Shown here: in pieces, positions 1 to 10,031 of the stretch
Layout of the letters: every line of letters starts with the position of its first letter
How positions within the stretch are numbered: position 1 is the stretch's first letter
DNA from: Gemmatimonadota bacterium
Lineage (GTDB): Bacteria > Latescibacterota > UBA2968 > UBA8231
NCBI GenBank assembly: GCA_038128265.1
Contig: JAYPJE010000007.1
Coordinates: forward strand, 1 to 64,000
Direction of reading: 5' to 3'
Length of the DNA: 64,000 bases
Program-made: the position numbers and the translations under genes
The notes under the pieces: model-generated
What the model saw: the letters and a program-made list of their open reading frames with translations, nothing else
Databases searched by the model: none
What the model was told of the DNA's origin: nothing

Positions 1-831
1 GGCAAATCTTTGGGTATTCCCTGCGTTGTGTCTGTACATAACGACCGCGATGCGCAGCGATCTTACGATCGACGTCCGATTTTACGGATGGTCAAGCCGT
101 TGGAGAATTACACGCTAAGCAACGCAACGGTAGTGATATGCGTCAGTAACTACTTGCACAACTATGCGCAGCGACATGGGGCTAAAAATACGTTTACAGT
201 CTATAACAAAGTCTACATGGAGCAATTCCTCCATGAGCGATCTTATCGCAAGACCGACGAGTTGCCCACGGTCCTTTCCGTTATGCGACTAGATCGCCAA
301 AAATATCCGGAATGCATTATAGAGGCACTGGTTGATTTACCTATCAAGTTGAAACTCATCGGCCAGGGAGAATTGCAGGACAGTCTGCACAAATTGGTTC
401 GCTCGCTGGGGATGGAAGAACGCGTGACATTCATACCCATGGTGCCGAATCGCGAAATCCACGAGCACTACCACGAGGCAGATATATTTGCTATGGCTAC
501 GCACTACGAGGGATTTTGCATTCCGATATTAGAAGCCATGGCAGCTGGTTTGCCGATTGTAGCCTGTGATACGGAGCCAATCCCCGAACTCATTGGAGAG
601 ACCGGTTTAATCGCTGAGAAGACTCCCGAGGCCTTTGCTGCCGCGTTCGAAAAATTGCTTAACGATCCAGTTGAAGCCAGGCGACTTGGGTCCCTTGCGC
701 GCGATCGTGCGCGCCAATTGGCTGGAGATCGAATGGAAGAGCGCGAAGCAATGCTCTACGATGCGATCATCTCACAGCGCCAGGGAGCGCTCGAAGATCT
801 ACTTGACGATGCTAACCGATTTATTCAATAA
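1..831 (+). CDS. Glycosyltransferase family 4 (GT-B), 5' end truncated by the window
   Basis: Frame is open from base 1. EGFCIPILEAMAAGLPIVA carries the GT4 EX7E motif. Confidence 0.9.
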   Translation, partial: GKSLGIPCVVSVHNDRDAQRSYDRRPILRMVKPLENYTLSNATVVICVSNYLHNYAQRHGAKNTFTVYNKVYMEQFLHERSYRKTDELPTVLSVMRLDRQKYPECIIEALVDLPIKLKLIGQGELQDSLHKLVRSLGMEERVTFIPMVPNREIHEHYHEADIFAMATHYEGFCIPILEAMAAGLPIVACDTEPIPELIGETGLIAEKTPEAFAAAFEKLLNDPVEARRLGSLARDRARQLAGDRMEEREAMLYDAIISQRQGALEDLLDDANRFIQ

Positions 832-2614
832 TGCGGTAGCAACTAACAACACTCTTTTCTCAGGACAGCTGGGTTGGAAGCACTGGGTAGGAGTGTTCAT
901 CGTTCTTTTTGTTGTGCTATTGGCGGCCTACGGTCAAAGTCTGAATAACCCCTTCCACTACGACGACCTGCATTCTATACGTGACAATCCACACATCCGT
1001 ACCCTAGAAAACATCCCCGCCTTTTTTGTGCGCCCCGACTATTTCACCGCCGACCCGCGCTCGGCGATGTATCGGCCGCTGGTGCTGGTCAGCTATGCGC
1101 TCAACTATGGCTTGGACAAATTGCAAGTCCAATCGTATCATTGGGTTAACATTGGCGTTCACGCGTTGAATAGTGCGCTGTTGGTCACGTTGGGGCGGAT
1201 GCTGTTGGGCGGGCTGCTGGTGCCCATATTGGCCGGACTCATCTTTGCGCTACATCCGGTAAACAGCGAGGTCGTCAATTATATAAGCAGCCGTTCAGAA
1301 TCGCTGTGTGCGGCGTTTTTTCTGAGCAGCTGTATCGCCTACATCCGGGCTCACCGTGCAACGCGTTTTCGACTGCTTCTCTATGGCCTCTCTCTCCTGG
1401 CCTTTGTCGGCGCGCTGCTGTGCAAATCAGTGGCCGTAATGTTGGTGCCGCTGTTGGTCCTCTGCGAGTGGCTTCTGCGCGGACCGTTGCCGTCTCTACG
1501 CACCCTGACGGCGCGTCTCTCTCCCTTTCTCCTCATTGGTATCGTATATGTGGCTGGCATGCGCGGCATGCTGCAGACCGCGTTGGTCGATGCGCCGGTG
1601 CGCGATATGGGGTCGCAGTGGGCGACCCAGACCAAGGCCCTGGTCTACTATGTCAAACTGTTGGCCTTTCCCTGGGAGCTCAACGTCGAGCACCAGTTTT
1701 TCCTAGGCCGATGGGAGTGGGCTGTTGCTCTAAGTGCCGCGCTGTTGCTGGCTGCTCTTGTCGTTATTTGGCGCAGGGGACCGCTGGCGCGCGGCATGGC
1801 GCTGTGGTTCTTGCTGGTGCTGGCGCCGACGTTTTTTGTGCCGCTTAACGTGTTGGTCAACGAGCATCGTCTCTATATCCCCTCGGCGGCTTTCGCTCTG
1901 GCCATTGCTGTGGCGATGCAGAGCCTGATGCGCAACGCTCGTTGGGGGGCCGTTTGCGTGGTACTGTGGCTTCTGGTCTATGCGGGATTGGACATGCGGC
2001 GGACGGAACAGTGGCGCAGCCCGGAAGCACTCTGGGGTGCAGCGTTAGCACAGTCGCCGCAGATGCCACGGCCGCACATTTACATGGGCAACGCGCTGCG
2101 TGAGAGCGGTCGCAATAGAGAGGCGCTGCAGCACTACGCGCGTGCGCTGTCCGTCAATCCACGCGTGCTCAGTGGGGGCGATATGGTGGCGGTATACAAC
2201 AATATGGGGGCAGCCTACCTGGCTATGGAGCAGCTGGACGAATCGGTTGCAGCTTACGAACGAGCGCTGCAGATCGACCCAGACTACGCTCCGGCAAAAG
2301 CAAGCTTAGAGGGAACCCTTGCCCTGCGAGCAGATCGCGAACGGGCGGGGGCTATGGCCCTGCAAAAACAGGGGTTACTTGCCCTAGTTCGGGGGGAATT
2401 GGACAGGGCAGCTGAGCTGCTGGAACGCTCCCTGCGTGAACGGCCCATGGTGCAGACCTATATGGCGCTAGTCCAGGCCTATGAGCGCTTGGGCGACGAG
2501 GAGGGCCTGCGCAGGGCGTATCGCGGGCTGGTCGAGCTCGACCCGAACAGCGATCGTGGAGCTGAGATGCTCAAACGACTGCGTGCGTTAGAGGAACGCA
2601 AAGAGCAAAGGTGA
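809..2614 (+). CDS. TMTC-like GT-C glycosyltransferase with C-terminal TPRs, copy 1
   Basis: FHYDD, MYRPL, HPVNSEVVNYISSRSE and PLNVLVNEHRLY motifs, many TM segments, then TPRs. The start (ATG 809) is uncertain. Confidence 0.8.
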   Translation: MLTDLFNNAVATNNTLFSGQLGWKHWVGVFIVLFVVLLAAYGQSLNNPFHYDDLHSIRDNPHIRTLENIPAFFVRPDYFTADPRSAMYRPLVLVSYALNYGLDKLQVQSYHWVNIGVHALNSALLVTLGRMLLGGLLVPILAGLIFALHPVNSEVVNYISSRSESLCAAFFLSSCIAYIRAHRATRFRLLLYGLSLLAFVGALLCKSVAVMLVPLLVLCEWLLRGPLPSLRTLTARLSPFLLIGIVYVAGMRGMLQTALVDAPVRDMGSQWATQTKALVYYVKLLAFPWELNVEHQFFLGRWEWAVALSAALLLAALVVIWRRGPLARGMALWFLLVLAPTFFVPLNVLVNEHRLYIPSAAFALAIAVAMQSLMRNARWGAVCVVLWLLVYAGLDMRRTEQWRSPEALWGAALAQSPQMPRPHIYMGNALRESGRNREALQHYARALSVNPRVLSGGDMVAVYNNMGAAYLAMEQLDESVAAYERALQIDPDYAPAKASLEGTLALRADRERAGAMALQKQGLLALVRGELDRAAELLERSLRERPMVQTYMALVQAYERLGDEEGLRRAYRGLVELDPNSDRGAEMLKRLRALEERKEQR

Positions 2615-4389
2615 GGGATCTGTCGGGCAGAACATTTATCGTGATGGCCCTCGTAGGGGGCGGCCTCTATTGGGGTGCACTCAACAATCCCTTTCACTAT
2701 GACGACCTGCACTCCATTCGCCACAACCCGCATATTCGCTCGCTGGCAAATATACCAACCTTCTTTGTGGATCTACACACCTTTTCCAGCGAGCGCGCGG
2801 GGACGATGTTCCGTCCGCTGCTGCTGTGCTCGTATGCCCTGAACTATGCCCTGCACGGCGAGTGGGTGGGGGGTTATCGCCTATTCAACCTGGTGCTGCA
2901 CGTCTCTTGTGCGTTCCTCGCGTGGCGAATGGTGTGGGTGTGGGGCGGTAAGCGGGGCATGGCGTATGTGGTTGGAGGAATGTTTCTCCTGCATCCGCTC
3001 GCCGCTGAGCCGGTTAATTACATCAGCAGCCGCTCCGATATGCTATCGGCCTTTTTTGTCCTCTTGGCGCTGCAGTGCATCCCAGCCGGTGCCGGGGCCA
3101 GAAGTTGGAAGGTGTTGGCGCCCTATCTCTGTGGGCTGTTGGTCAAGTCGGTGGCTATCGTCCTGCCGGGATTGGCTTTACTCGGCCTTGGCGGGGATTG
3201 GCGCCGGCGTATACACGACTATTGGGGCCTCTTTGCTGGAATGGGTGCACTAGCGTTGGTCTATATCGGAGTGATTTTCGCCAATCGCTTTCTTTCTAGC
3301 TCCCTGGCCAAGGCACCCCGCACCTTTGACGTTAATGCGTGGACCCAGGTCAAGGCATGGGTCTACGCGCTGTGGATGGCCGTAGTGCCCGTGCACCTGA
3401 GCGTCGACCACCTTTTTGTGGAAGCGCGGAGTTTCGGTGATATCGCCGTCCTCTGTGCAGGAGGGCTGCTGCTTTCGCTCTTTGCTATTGGGATCTATAA
3501 CTACCGGCGTTGGTTGGGGATGGGGCTGCTTTGGTGGTTTATAGCGCTTGCTCCCTACGCCTTTATTCCGCTCAACATTATGGTGAGTGAACGGCGCATC
3601 TACTTGGCAAGTGTAGGGCTGATGCTGGTTATGGGATGGTCCCTGTGGGTTTTTTTGCAACGACGGGCTGTTGCTGCTGGTGCGGTGCTGGCTGCGGTCG
3701 CCGTTTTCTTTGTCGTCCTTGTGTCTGTGCGCAATGGAGTGTGGGCGAGCGATATCTCCCTTTGGGAGGATGCACTGCGCGAAGGCGCTATACAGCCGCG
3801 TGCACGGGTGAATTTGGCACTGGCCTACGGGCGCGATGGGCGATGGGACGATGCCCACGCGCAGCTCGAAGAGGCGCTTCGGCAATCACCTGATTTTGCC
3901 GATGCTTGGGTCGAGTTGGGCAATATAGAGCATCAAATGGGGCGGTTAGATGCGGCGCAGCAGGCCTATGAGCGGGCTATCGGCGCACAGTCCTGGTTGG
4001 CCGGAGCGCATTACAATTTGGGCAATATACAGCTGGCCAAAGGCGATGCGGTGGGTGCGGTAAAAAGCTATGAGCGCGCCCTAGAGCTAAATCCAAATTT
4101 TGCCATGGCGCACAACAATTGGGCTCAGGGGAAAGAGGGGCTAGGCGAAGTGGAACAGGCCTTGAGAGGCTATCGCCAAGCGCTGGCCATTGATCCGCAG
4201 CAGCCACAAGCGTGGTTTAATCTTGCGCATCTACTCGAAGTGCAGGGAGCGAGGGTTGAATCCGGTCAATCGTATTGGAAGGCTTACGAACTCTTGCGCG
4301 CGGCAGAGGACTACGATGAAAATGTCCAGTATCGCGAGTTTGCTGCCCGCGCTCGAGCGGCGGCAAGCCGTCTGGGCGTTGCCCAATAG
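2611..4389 (+). CDS. TMTC-like GT-C/TPR protein, copy 2
   Basis: FHYDD, MFRPL, EPVNYISSRSD, MVSERRIY, RNGVW, TPRs. GTGA overlap with copy 1. Confidence 0.8.
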   Translation: MRDLSGRTFIVMALVGGGLYWGALNNPFHYDDLHSIRHNPHIRSLANIPTFFVDLHTFSSERAGTMFRPLLLCSYALNYALHGEWVGGYRLFNLVLHVSCAFLAWRMVWVWGGKRGMAYVVGGMFLLHPLAAEPVNYISSRSDMLSAFFVLLALQCIPAGAGARSWKVLAPYLCGLLVKSVAIVLPGLALLGLGGDWRRRIHDYWGLFAGMGALALVYIGVIFANRFLSSSLAKAPRTFDVNAWTQVKAWVYALWMAVVPVHLSVDHLFVEARSFGDIAVLCAGGLLLSLFAIGIYNYRRWLGMGLLWWFIALAPYAFIPLNIMVSERRIYLASVGLMLVMGWSLWVFLQRRAVAAGAVLAAVAVFFVVLVSVRNGVWASDISLWEDALREGAIQPRARVNLALAYGRDGRWDDAHAQLEEALRQSPDFADAWVELGNIEHQMGRLDAAQQAYERAIGAQSWLAGAHYNLGNIQLAKGDAVGAVKSYERALELNPNFAMAHNNWAQGKEGLGEVEQALRGYRQALAIDPQQPQAWFNLAHLLEVQGARVESGQSYWKAYELLRAAEDYDENVQYREFAARARAAASRLGVAQ

Positions 4390-4401
4390 AGGATAGAGCG
4401 C

Positions 4402-6273
4402 ATGTGTGGAATTGCTGGGATCGCACACAGAGATTGGGACCGGCCCGTCGACGAAACGCTGCTGCGCGCTATGGCCGATACGATGCACTACCGGGGCCCC
4501 GACGACAGCGGTATTTGGTTGGGGCAGGGCGTAGGCCTGGGCCATCGGCGACTCAGCATTATAGACCTGGCCGGGGGGCATCAGCCGATGACGGTGGGTG
4601 AATCGGGTCTGTGGATTACCTACAACGGCGAGATTTACAATTACCTAGAACTGCGCGAAGAGCTCAGTGCGGACGGCTACCAGGCCGTATCGCGCTCCGA
4701 CACGGAAGTGCTGCTGCAGATGTATCAGCGCGATGGTAGAGATTGCCTGCAGCGTCTTAACGGCATGTTTTCCTTTGCCATCTGGGACGGCCCGCAGCGC
4801 CGGCTCTTTGCCGCGCGCGACCGCTTGGGTATCAAGCCCTTTTACTACGCGCATACGGACGATGCGCTGCTCTTTGCCTCCGAGGTCAAGGCGCTGCTCC
4901 AGCATCCGCAGGTGCGCGCGGAAGTCGACTACGATGCACTGCAGGATTATATAGATCTGCAGTACTGTTTGGGGAATAAAACCCTGTTTAGGGGAATAAA
5001 GCGCCTGCTGCCGGGGGAGTGTCTGACGTGGTGCGATGGAACGCTCGCGATTGAAACCTACTGGGACCTCAGCTTTAGGCCGGCCGAGTGCCCTGGACAG
5101 GCCGATGAGCTTTTAGAACTGCTGCGCGACGCGGTGCGGCTGCGGCTGCGCAGCGACGTGCCGGTGGGCACACATCTAAGCGGGGGGTTGGATTCAAGCG
5201 CCATCGCCTGTTTAGCCGCTCCCCAGCTCGACGCACCGCTATCCGTTTTCACCGGGGGCTTCACCGCGGCCGAGCGCTACGACGAATCGCGCTATGCCCG
5301 CATCGTTGCCGAGTCGCTGGGAGCGCAGTATCACCAGGTATTTCCCTCAGCGACCGACCTAGCTCATAGCTTCGCCGACATGGTTTACTACCTCGATGAA
5401 CCGGTCGCCGGGGCTGCCGTCTTTCCACAGTACTTTCTTTCCAAACTGGCGGCTCAACACGTTAAAGTTGTGCTGGGCGGACAGGGGGGCGACGAGCTTT
5501 TTTGCGGCTATACGCGCTACTTGATTGGCTATGTGGAAAGCTGCCTGCAAAAGGCTATTTACGGCGAAGCTCCCCTAGTTGGAGAGGAGTCGCTGAGCCA
5601 TATTGAAGGCAGTCTGACCTACCTTCGCGGGTTTGAGCCGACCATGCAAAAGCTCTTTGCTAGCGATCTCTTTGCCGCTCCGGGGGCGCGCTATTACCGG
5701 CTGTTGCAGCGTTCGCAGGATATGGAGGGTATCCTCGCCGACGATAGCTGGCGCCGCGGCAGCTATTCAACGCCCGAGGCCTTTTGCGCCGAGTTTGACG
5801 GCGTGCAGAGCGACCATCTCATCGATCGCATGCTATACATTGATATAAAGAATCACCTGCAATCGCTGCTGCACCTTGAAGACCGGACGAGTATGGCTGC
5901 CTCGCTCGAATCGCGCCTTCCGCTGCTCGACTATCGCATCGTCGAGTATGCCCTGGCCCAGCCCGCTTCTGTGCGCTTTGCCGCTGGGCGGCCTAAACAC
6001 CTGCTAAAGGAGGCGGTGCGCGGCGTGGTGCCGGACGCCATCGTCGATCGCAAGGACAAGATGGGTTTTCCGGTGCCCATTTACGAATGGTTTGGCGGCG
6101 AATTGAAGGAGTACGTAGAAGATATCCTGCTGGGCCAGCGCACGCGCGCGCGCGGATTTTTCGATATGGCGAACGTCGAGCGCAGCGTGCGCAGCGAAAA
6201 GCCCTTTGGGCGCACGGTGTGGGGCCTGTTATCACTCGAGCTGTGGTTTCGCCAGTTTTTTGATGGCCGTTGA
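4402..6273 (+). CDS. asnB: Asparagine synthase (glutamine-hydrolysing) family amidotransferase
   Basis: N-terminal MCGIAG (Ntn Cys2), HRRLSIIDL, YNGEIYN, LSGGLDSS, GQGGDELF, KMGFPVP. Confidence 0.92.
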   Translation: MCGIAGIAHRDWDRPVDETLLRAMADTMHYRGPDDSGIWLGQGVGLGHRRLSIIDLAGGHQPMTVGESGLWITYNGEIYNYLELREELSADGYQAVSRSDTEVLLQMYQRDGRDCLQRLNGMFSFAIWDGPQRRLFAARDRLGIKPFYYAHTDDALLFASEVKALLQHPQVRAEVDYDALQDYIDLQYCLGNKTLFRGIKRLLPGECLTWCDGTLAIETYWDLSFRPAECPGQADELLELLRDAVRLRLRSDVPVGTHLSGGLDSSAIACLAAPQLDAPLSVFTGGFTAAERYDESRYARIVAESLGAQYHQVFPSATDLAHSFADMVYYLDEPVAGAAVFPQYFLSKLAAQHVKVVLGGQGGDELFCGYTRYLIGYVESCLQKAIYGEAPLVGEESLSHIEGSLTYLRGFEPTMQKLFASDLFAAPGARYYRLLQRSQDMEGILADDSWRRGSYSTPEAFCAEFDGVQSDHLIDRMLYIDIKNHLQSLLHLEDRTSMAASLESRLPLLDYRIVEYALAQPASVRFAAGRPKHLLKEAVRGVVPDAIVDRKDKMGFPVPIYEWFGGELKEYVEDILLGQRTRARGFFDMANVERSVRSEKPFGRTVWGLLSLELWFRQFFDGR

Positions 6274-8131
6274 GCTGAGCGCATACCGCCGCGACGGCGC
6301 TCTGTTATTGGCCGTGCTCTGCGTTGTCGGCTGGGCCTACGCCGGCGCGATAGATGGGGCATTTCACTTTGACGACGAGCACTCGCTGCTGGCCAATCCG
6401 CACGTCCGCGACCTAGGCTACGCCTTCGATTACTTCACTGATTCGCAAACCTTTTCGCGCAACGAAGGCAGCCAGATGTATCGGCCGCTCGTACTGCTGA
6501 GCTATGCGTTTACCTATCGTTGGCACGGCTACGAACCGGCTGCTTTCTTAATGGTCAATTGGTTGCTGCACCTGGGTGTGGTGGCGGTGGCCTTCCTGTG
6601 TCATCGAAATATGGGCTTAGATGCAGTCCGTGCGGCCCTGGCCGTTTTGCTGTTTGGGCTGCATCCGGTGGTCGCAGAGCCGGTCAACTACGTCAGCGCG
6701 CGCTCCGAATCGCTGGCTGCGCTGTTTTCCGTCGGTGCCGTAGCGCTCTATCTGTGCGATAATAGGGCCGCCGTGCTGGGGTCGCTGGGGCTCTTCGCCT
6801 TGGCCCTTATGGCCAAGGCCAGTGCCGCGGTGTTGCCTGTCGTGCTCGTTTTAGCCGAATGGAATCTGCGCGGTGATATGAGAGGGATGCGCTGGCAGCG
6901 CTTAGCCGGGTTTGCGATGGGGTTGGTCGTCTACGTGTGGGGTACGCAAGCCGTAGTCAGCGAGGCGTTGATCGACGCGCCGGTGCGCTCCTTTGCACAG
7001 CAGACAGCGACGCAGGCCTTGGCGCTGCCCTACTATGTCAAATTGGTGATGGGATTACAGGGCCAGTCGGTCGAGCACCAATTTTTTGTGCGCGACTGGC
7101 ATGGGCTGGTCCCTTGGCTCAGTGCGGTGTGTGTCCTATCGGTCGGCGTTATAGGTGGGGGCTGGCTGTGGGGCCATCAGCGTCGCGCCTTTTTCTATGC
7201 CGGCTGGGCCCTTTTGGCGCTGCTGCCGACGCTGGTGGTGCCGCTCAATATGCTGGTTAACGAGCGACGGCTCTATCTGCCGCTCGTCGCCCTAACGGCG
7301 CTGGCAGTGCTGCTACCTCTGCGCTGGTCGCAGCGGGCAAAGGGAGCAGTAGCGGTTGCTATAGCCTGTGTATTGGGCGCGCTGGCAGCGCAGCGCAGCG
7401 CAGTATGGCAGAGCGAGTGGACCCTGTGGAACGATGCGCGCGACAAGGCGCCCCTCATGGTGCGGCCGCACGTAAAAATCGGCGTGGAGTTACGGACGCG
7501 CGGAGATTTGCCGGGCGCGCTGGCATCCTACCAGAGGGCGCTGCAAATCGATGGCGAACACGCTCCGGCATACAATAACGCGGGCAATGTATATCGACAG
7601 ATGGGCGATGACGAACGCGCGGAGGGCGCCTACCGGCAGGCCTTGGATATCTGGCCATACTATGTCGATGCGCAGATCAACCTGGCGACCCTTTACAGCG
7701 AGGGGGGACGACTGGAGGAAGCCAACGCGCTCTATGCACATGCGCTGGATGGGGGAGGAAACCGCGCTGAACTGCACAACAATATGGGCACGAACTTCCT
7801 CCGTATGGGGGACTATGCCGCGGCCGCAGGGGCGCTAAAAAAAGCGCTTGTGTTGGCCGGTGAAACAGCGCGAATCCACTATAATTTGGGCGGTGCAATG
7901 GAAGGGTTGGGCCGCTCGAGAGAAGCGCTCGAGCACTACGGGCGAGCGGTGGAACTCGACCCGGGCTATGCGCCGCCCTATGCCAAGATGGGGGCCCTGT
8001 ACGAGGGGCAGGGAGATGGGATAACGGCACGAGCGCACTATGCGGCTTTCTTGCGCCATTGGACGGGCTCCGAGACGACGGCAAGTGCCATCGCCCAGCG
8101 TTTGGCGCGTTTGCCGGGTGAGGAAAAATAG
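6263..8131 (+). CDS. TMTC-like GT-C/TPR protein, copy 3
   Basis: FHFDDEHS, MYRPL, EPVNYVSARSE, PLNMLVNERRLY, TPRs. ATG 6263 overlaps the asnB end. Confidence 0.8.
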   Translation: MAVELSAYRRDGALLLAVLCVVGWAYAGAIDGAFHFDDEHSLLANPHVRDLGYAFDYFTDSQTFSRNEGSQMYRPLVLLSYAFTYRWHGYEPAAFLMVNWLLHLGVVAVAFLCHRNMGLDAVRAALAVLLFGLHPVVAEPVNYVSARSESLAALFSVGAVALYLCDNRAAVLGSLGLFALALMAKASAAVLPVVLVLAEWNLRGDMRGMRWQRLAGFAMGLVVYVWGTQAVVSEALIDAPVRSFAQQTATQALALPYYVKLVMGLQGQSVEHQFFVRDWHGLVPWLSAVCVLSVGVIGGGWLWGHQRRAFFYAGWALLALLPTLVVPLNMLVNERRLYLPLVALTALAVLLPLRWSQRAKGAVAVAIACVLGALAAQRSAVWQSEWTLWNDARDKAPLMVRPHVKIGVELRTRGDLPGALASYQRALQIDGEHAPAYNNAGNVYRQMGDDERAEGAYRQALDIWPYYVDAQINLATLYSEGGRLEEANALYAHALDGGGNRAELHNNMGTNFLRMGDYAAAAGALKKALVLAGETARIHYNLGGAMEGLGRSREALEHYGRAVELDPGYAPPYAKMGALYEGQGDGITARAHYAAFLRHWTGSETTASAIAQRLARLPGEEK

Positions 8132-8138
8132 GACACAT

Positions 8139-10031
8139 ATGGCAATGGGGCGAATGGATTGGGCAGCCACATCGGCCGGTAGGGGGTGGGCACTGTTGTG
8201 CATACTAACCTGTGCCGTTTATGCCAATGCCATTGACAATCCGTTTCACTACGACGATTTCCATTCCATCGTCGAAAACGAACGACTGCGTTCGCTGGCC
8301 GAGGTGCCGTCCTTCTTTACCGATCCAACGGCCTTTTCTGCCGAGCCGCAAAATGCCATGTACCGTCCCCTCTTATTGGCCTCGTTTGCGCTAAACTACG
8401 CCCTAAGCGGATACGAAACCTGGAGCTATCACCTGCTCTCGCTGCTGCTGCATTTAGGCTGCGTTGGTTTGGTTGCAGCGATAGGGCGCGTGCTACTCGG
8501 AACGAGTCGGGGCGCCTGGTGGGCCGCCTGCCTCTTTGCTATCCATCCGATAAACAGCGAGTCGCTCAATTACATCAGCAGCCGCTCTGAAATTATGGCG
8601 GCGCTGTTTTTTCTCCTTGCTTTTTGGATCTATCTACAGACGCATTGGCGCGTCGAACGCTGGGTTGCCTGTATTGCGCTTGCCTACGCCTGTGCGCTCT
8701 TGGGCAAATCCATTGCGATTGTCCTGCCTGCCGTGCTTCTCGCGCATGCGTGGCTTGTCGGTGCTCGTCGCTCAGGACTGCCGGCGCTGTTTGCTGCACT
8801 CGCTGGGGTTGCTCTGGCCTATCTAGCCGTCGTATGGAAATTCCTCGCTCGCGCGACGGTGGGCGAGCCCGTGCGCTCCTACGACGAGCAGGTGTGGACT
8901 CAGGTAAAAGCCCTTGTTTTCTACATCAAAATGGTGCTATGGCCTAGCGGGCAGAGCATTGATCACCAATTTCTCATTTCCGACACTCCGCTCGACCCAA
9001 TTGCCGCGTTGGCGCTTCTGTTCGTGCTGTCGCTGACGCTACTGGCCTGGCGCTATCGGCACGGGCATCCAGCTCCGACCTTTTTTCTCGCCTGGTTTCT
9101 GTTCGTTCTGGCGCCATCGTCGCTCGTGCCCTTAAACGTATTGGTCAACGAGCACAGGCTGTACTTGCCGGGCGTGGCCCTTTTCTATGCGCTGGGCTAT
9201 GCGCTCAACCGCCTCGTGCAGTGCTGGTCGTCCCAGCGCAGCGCGATCGAAGCGGCAGCGTTGGTGATCGCCGTGGGCATGGCGGCGGCCACCGTGCAGC
9301 GCAATGCCGTGTGGGCTAGCCCACTGGCGCTGTGGCAGTCGGCAGCTGAGCGCGCTCCGCTTATGGCGCGCCCCCACATGTACTGGGGCGGAGCGCTGGA
9401 AGAGCGCGGGCAGTTTGCCGGTGCGATTAGGGCCTACGAGCACGCCCTGCGACGGGACCCCGGCTTTGCCCCGCTGCACCGGCGCCTGGGGGCCGCATAT
9501 ATGGAAGTCGATCAGACCGAGCGCGCGATCGCCCTGTTTGAGCGCGGGGTGGCACTCGACCCAACGGACGGCCCCATGTGGTTGGGCTTGGGTGAGGCGC
9601 TGCGCATGGGAGGGCGCTGGCAGGAAAGCTTGAGTGCCTACCAGCGCGCCGTGAACCTAATGCCCGATGACAGTGGGGCGCACAACAACTTAGGCAATAC
9701 CTATCAGGTGTTAGAGCGTCCAGAGCAGGCCCTTGAGCACCACCTGCGCGCGCGGGCGCTGGCCCCAAACGACGCGCAGACGCAGGTTAACCTGGGCAAT
9801 GCCTACGCGATGCTGGGTAAGAGCACGGAGGCGTTGGAAGCCTATTCCAAGGCGGTGGATATCGATCCACAATACGGTGGTGCTTGGTTGAATATGGCCA
9901 GCGCGCTGGAGCGTGCTGGCCAAACCCGGGATGCTCTTTCAGCCTACGAGCGGGCGCGGGTGCTCACTGCTGACAAGGGTCCATATTTGCAGGCGAAGAT
10001 TGCTGCACTGCGCGAGGTGCTCGGTGAATAG
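8139..10031 (+). CDS. TMTC-like GT-C/TPR protein, copy 4
   Basis: FHYDDFHS, MYRPL, ESLNYISSRSE, PLNVLVNEHRLY, QRNAVW, TPRs. Confidence 0.8.
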   Translation: MAMGRMDWAATSAGRGWALLCILTCAVYANAIDNPFHYDDFHSIVENERLRSLAEVPSFFTDPTAFSAEPQNAMYRPLLLASFALNYALSGYETWSYHLLSLLLHLGCVGLVAAIGRVLLGTSRGAWWAACLFAIHPINSESLNYISSRSEIMAALFFLLAFWIYLQTHWRVERWVACIALAYACALLGKSIAIVLPAVLLAHAWLVGARRSGLPALFAALAGVALAYLAVVWKFLARATVGEPVRSYDEQVWTQVKALVFYIKMVLWPSGQSIDHQFLISDTPLDPIAALALLFVLSLTLLAWRYRHGHPAPTFFLAWFLFVLAPSSLVPLNVLVNEHRLYLPGVALFYALGYALNRLVQCWSSQRSAIEAAALVIAVGMAAATVQRNAVWASPLALWQSAAERAPLMARPHMYWGGALEERGQFAGAIRAYEHALRRDPGFAPLHRRLGAAYMEVDQTERAIALFERGVALDPTDGPMWLGLGEALRMGGRWQESLSAYQRAVNLMPDDSGAHNNLGNTYQVLERPEQALEHHLRARALAPNDAQTQVNLGNAYAMLGKSTEALEAYSKAVDIDPQYGGAWLNMASALERAGQTRDALSAYERARVLTADKGPYLQAKIAALREVLGE

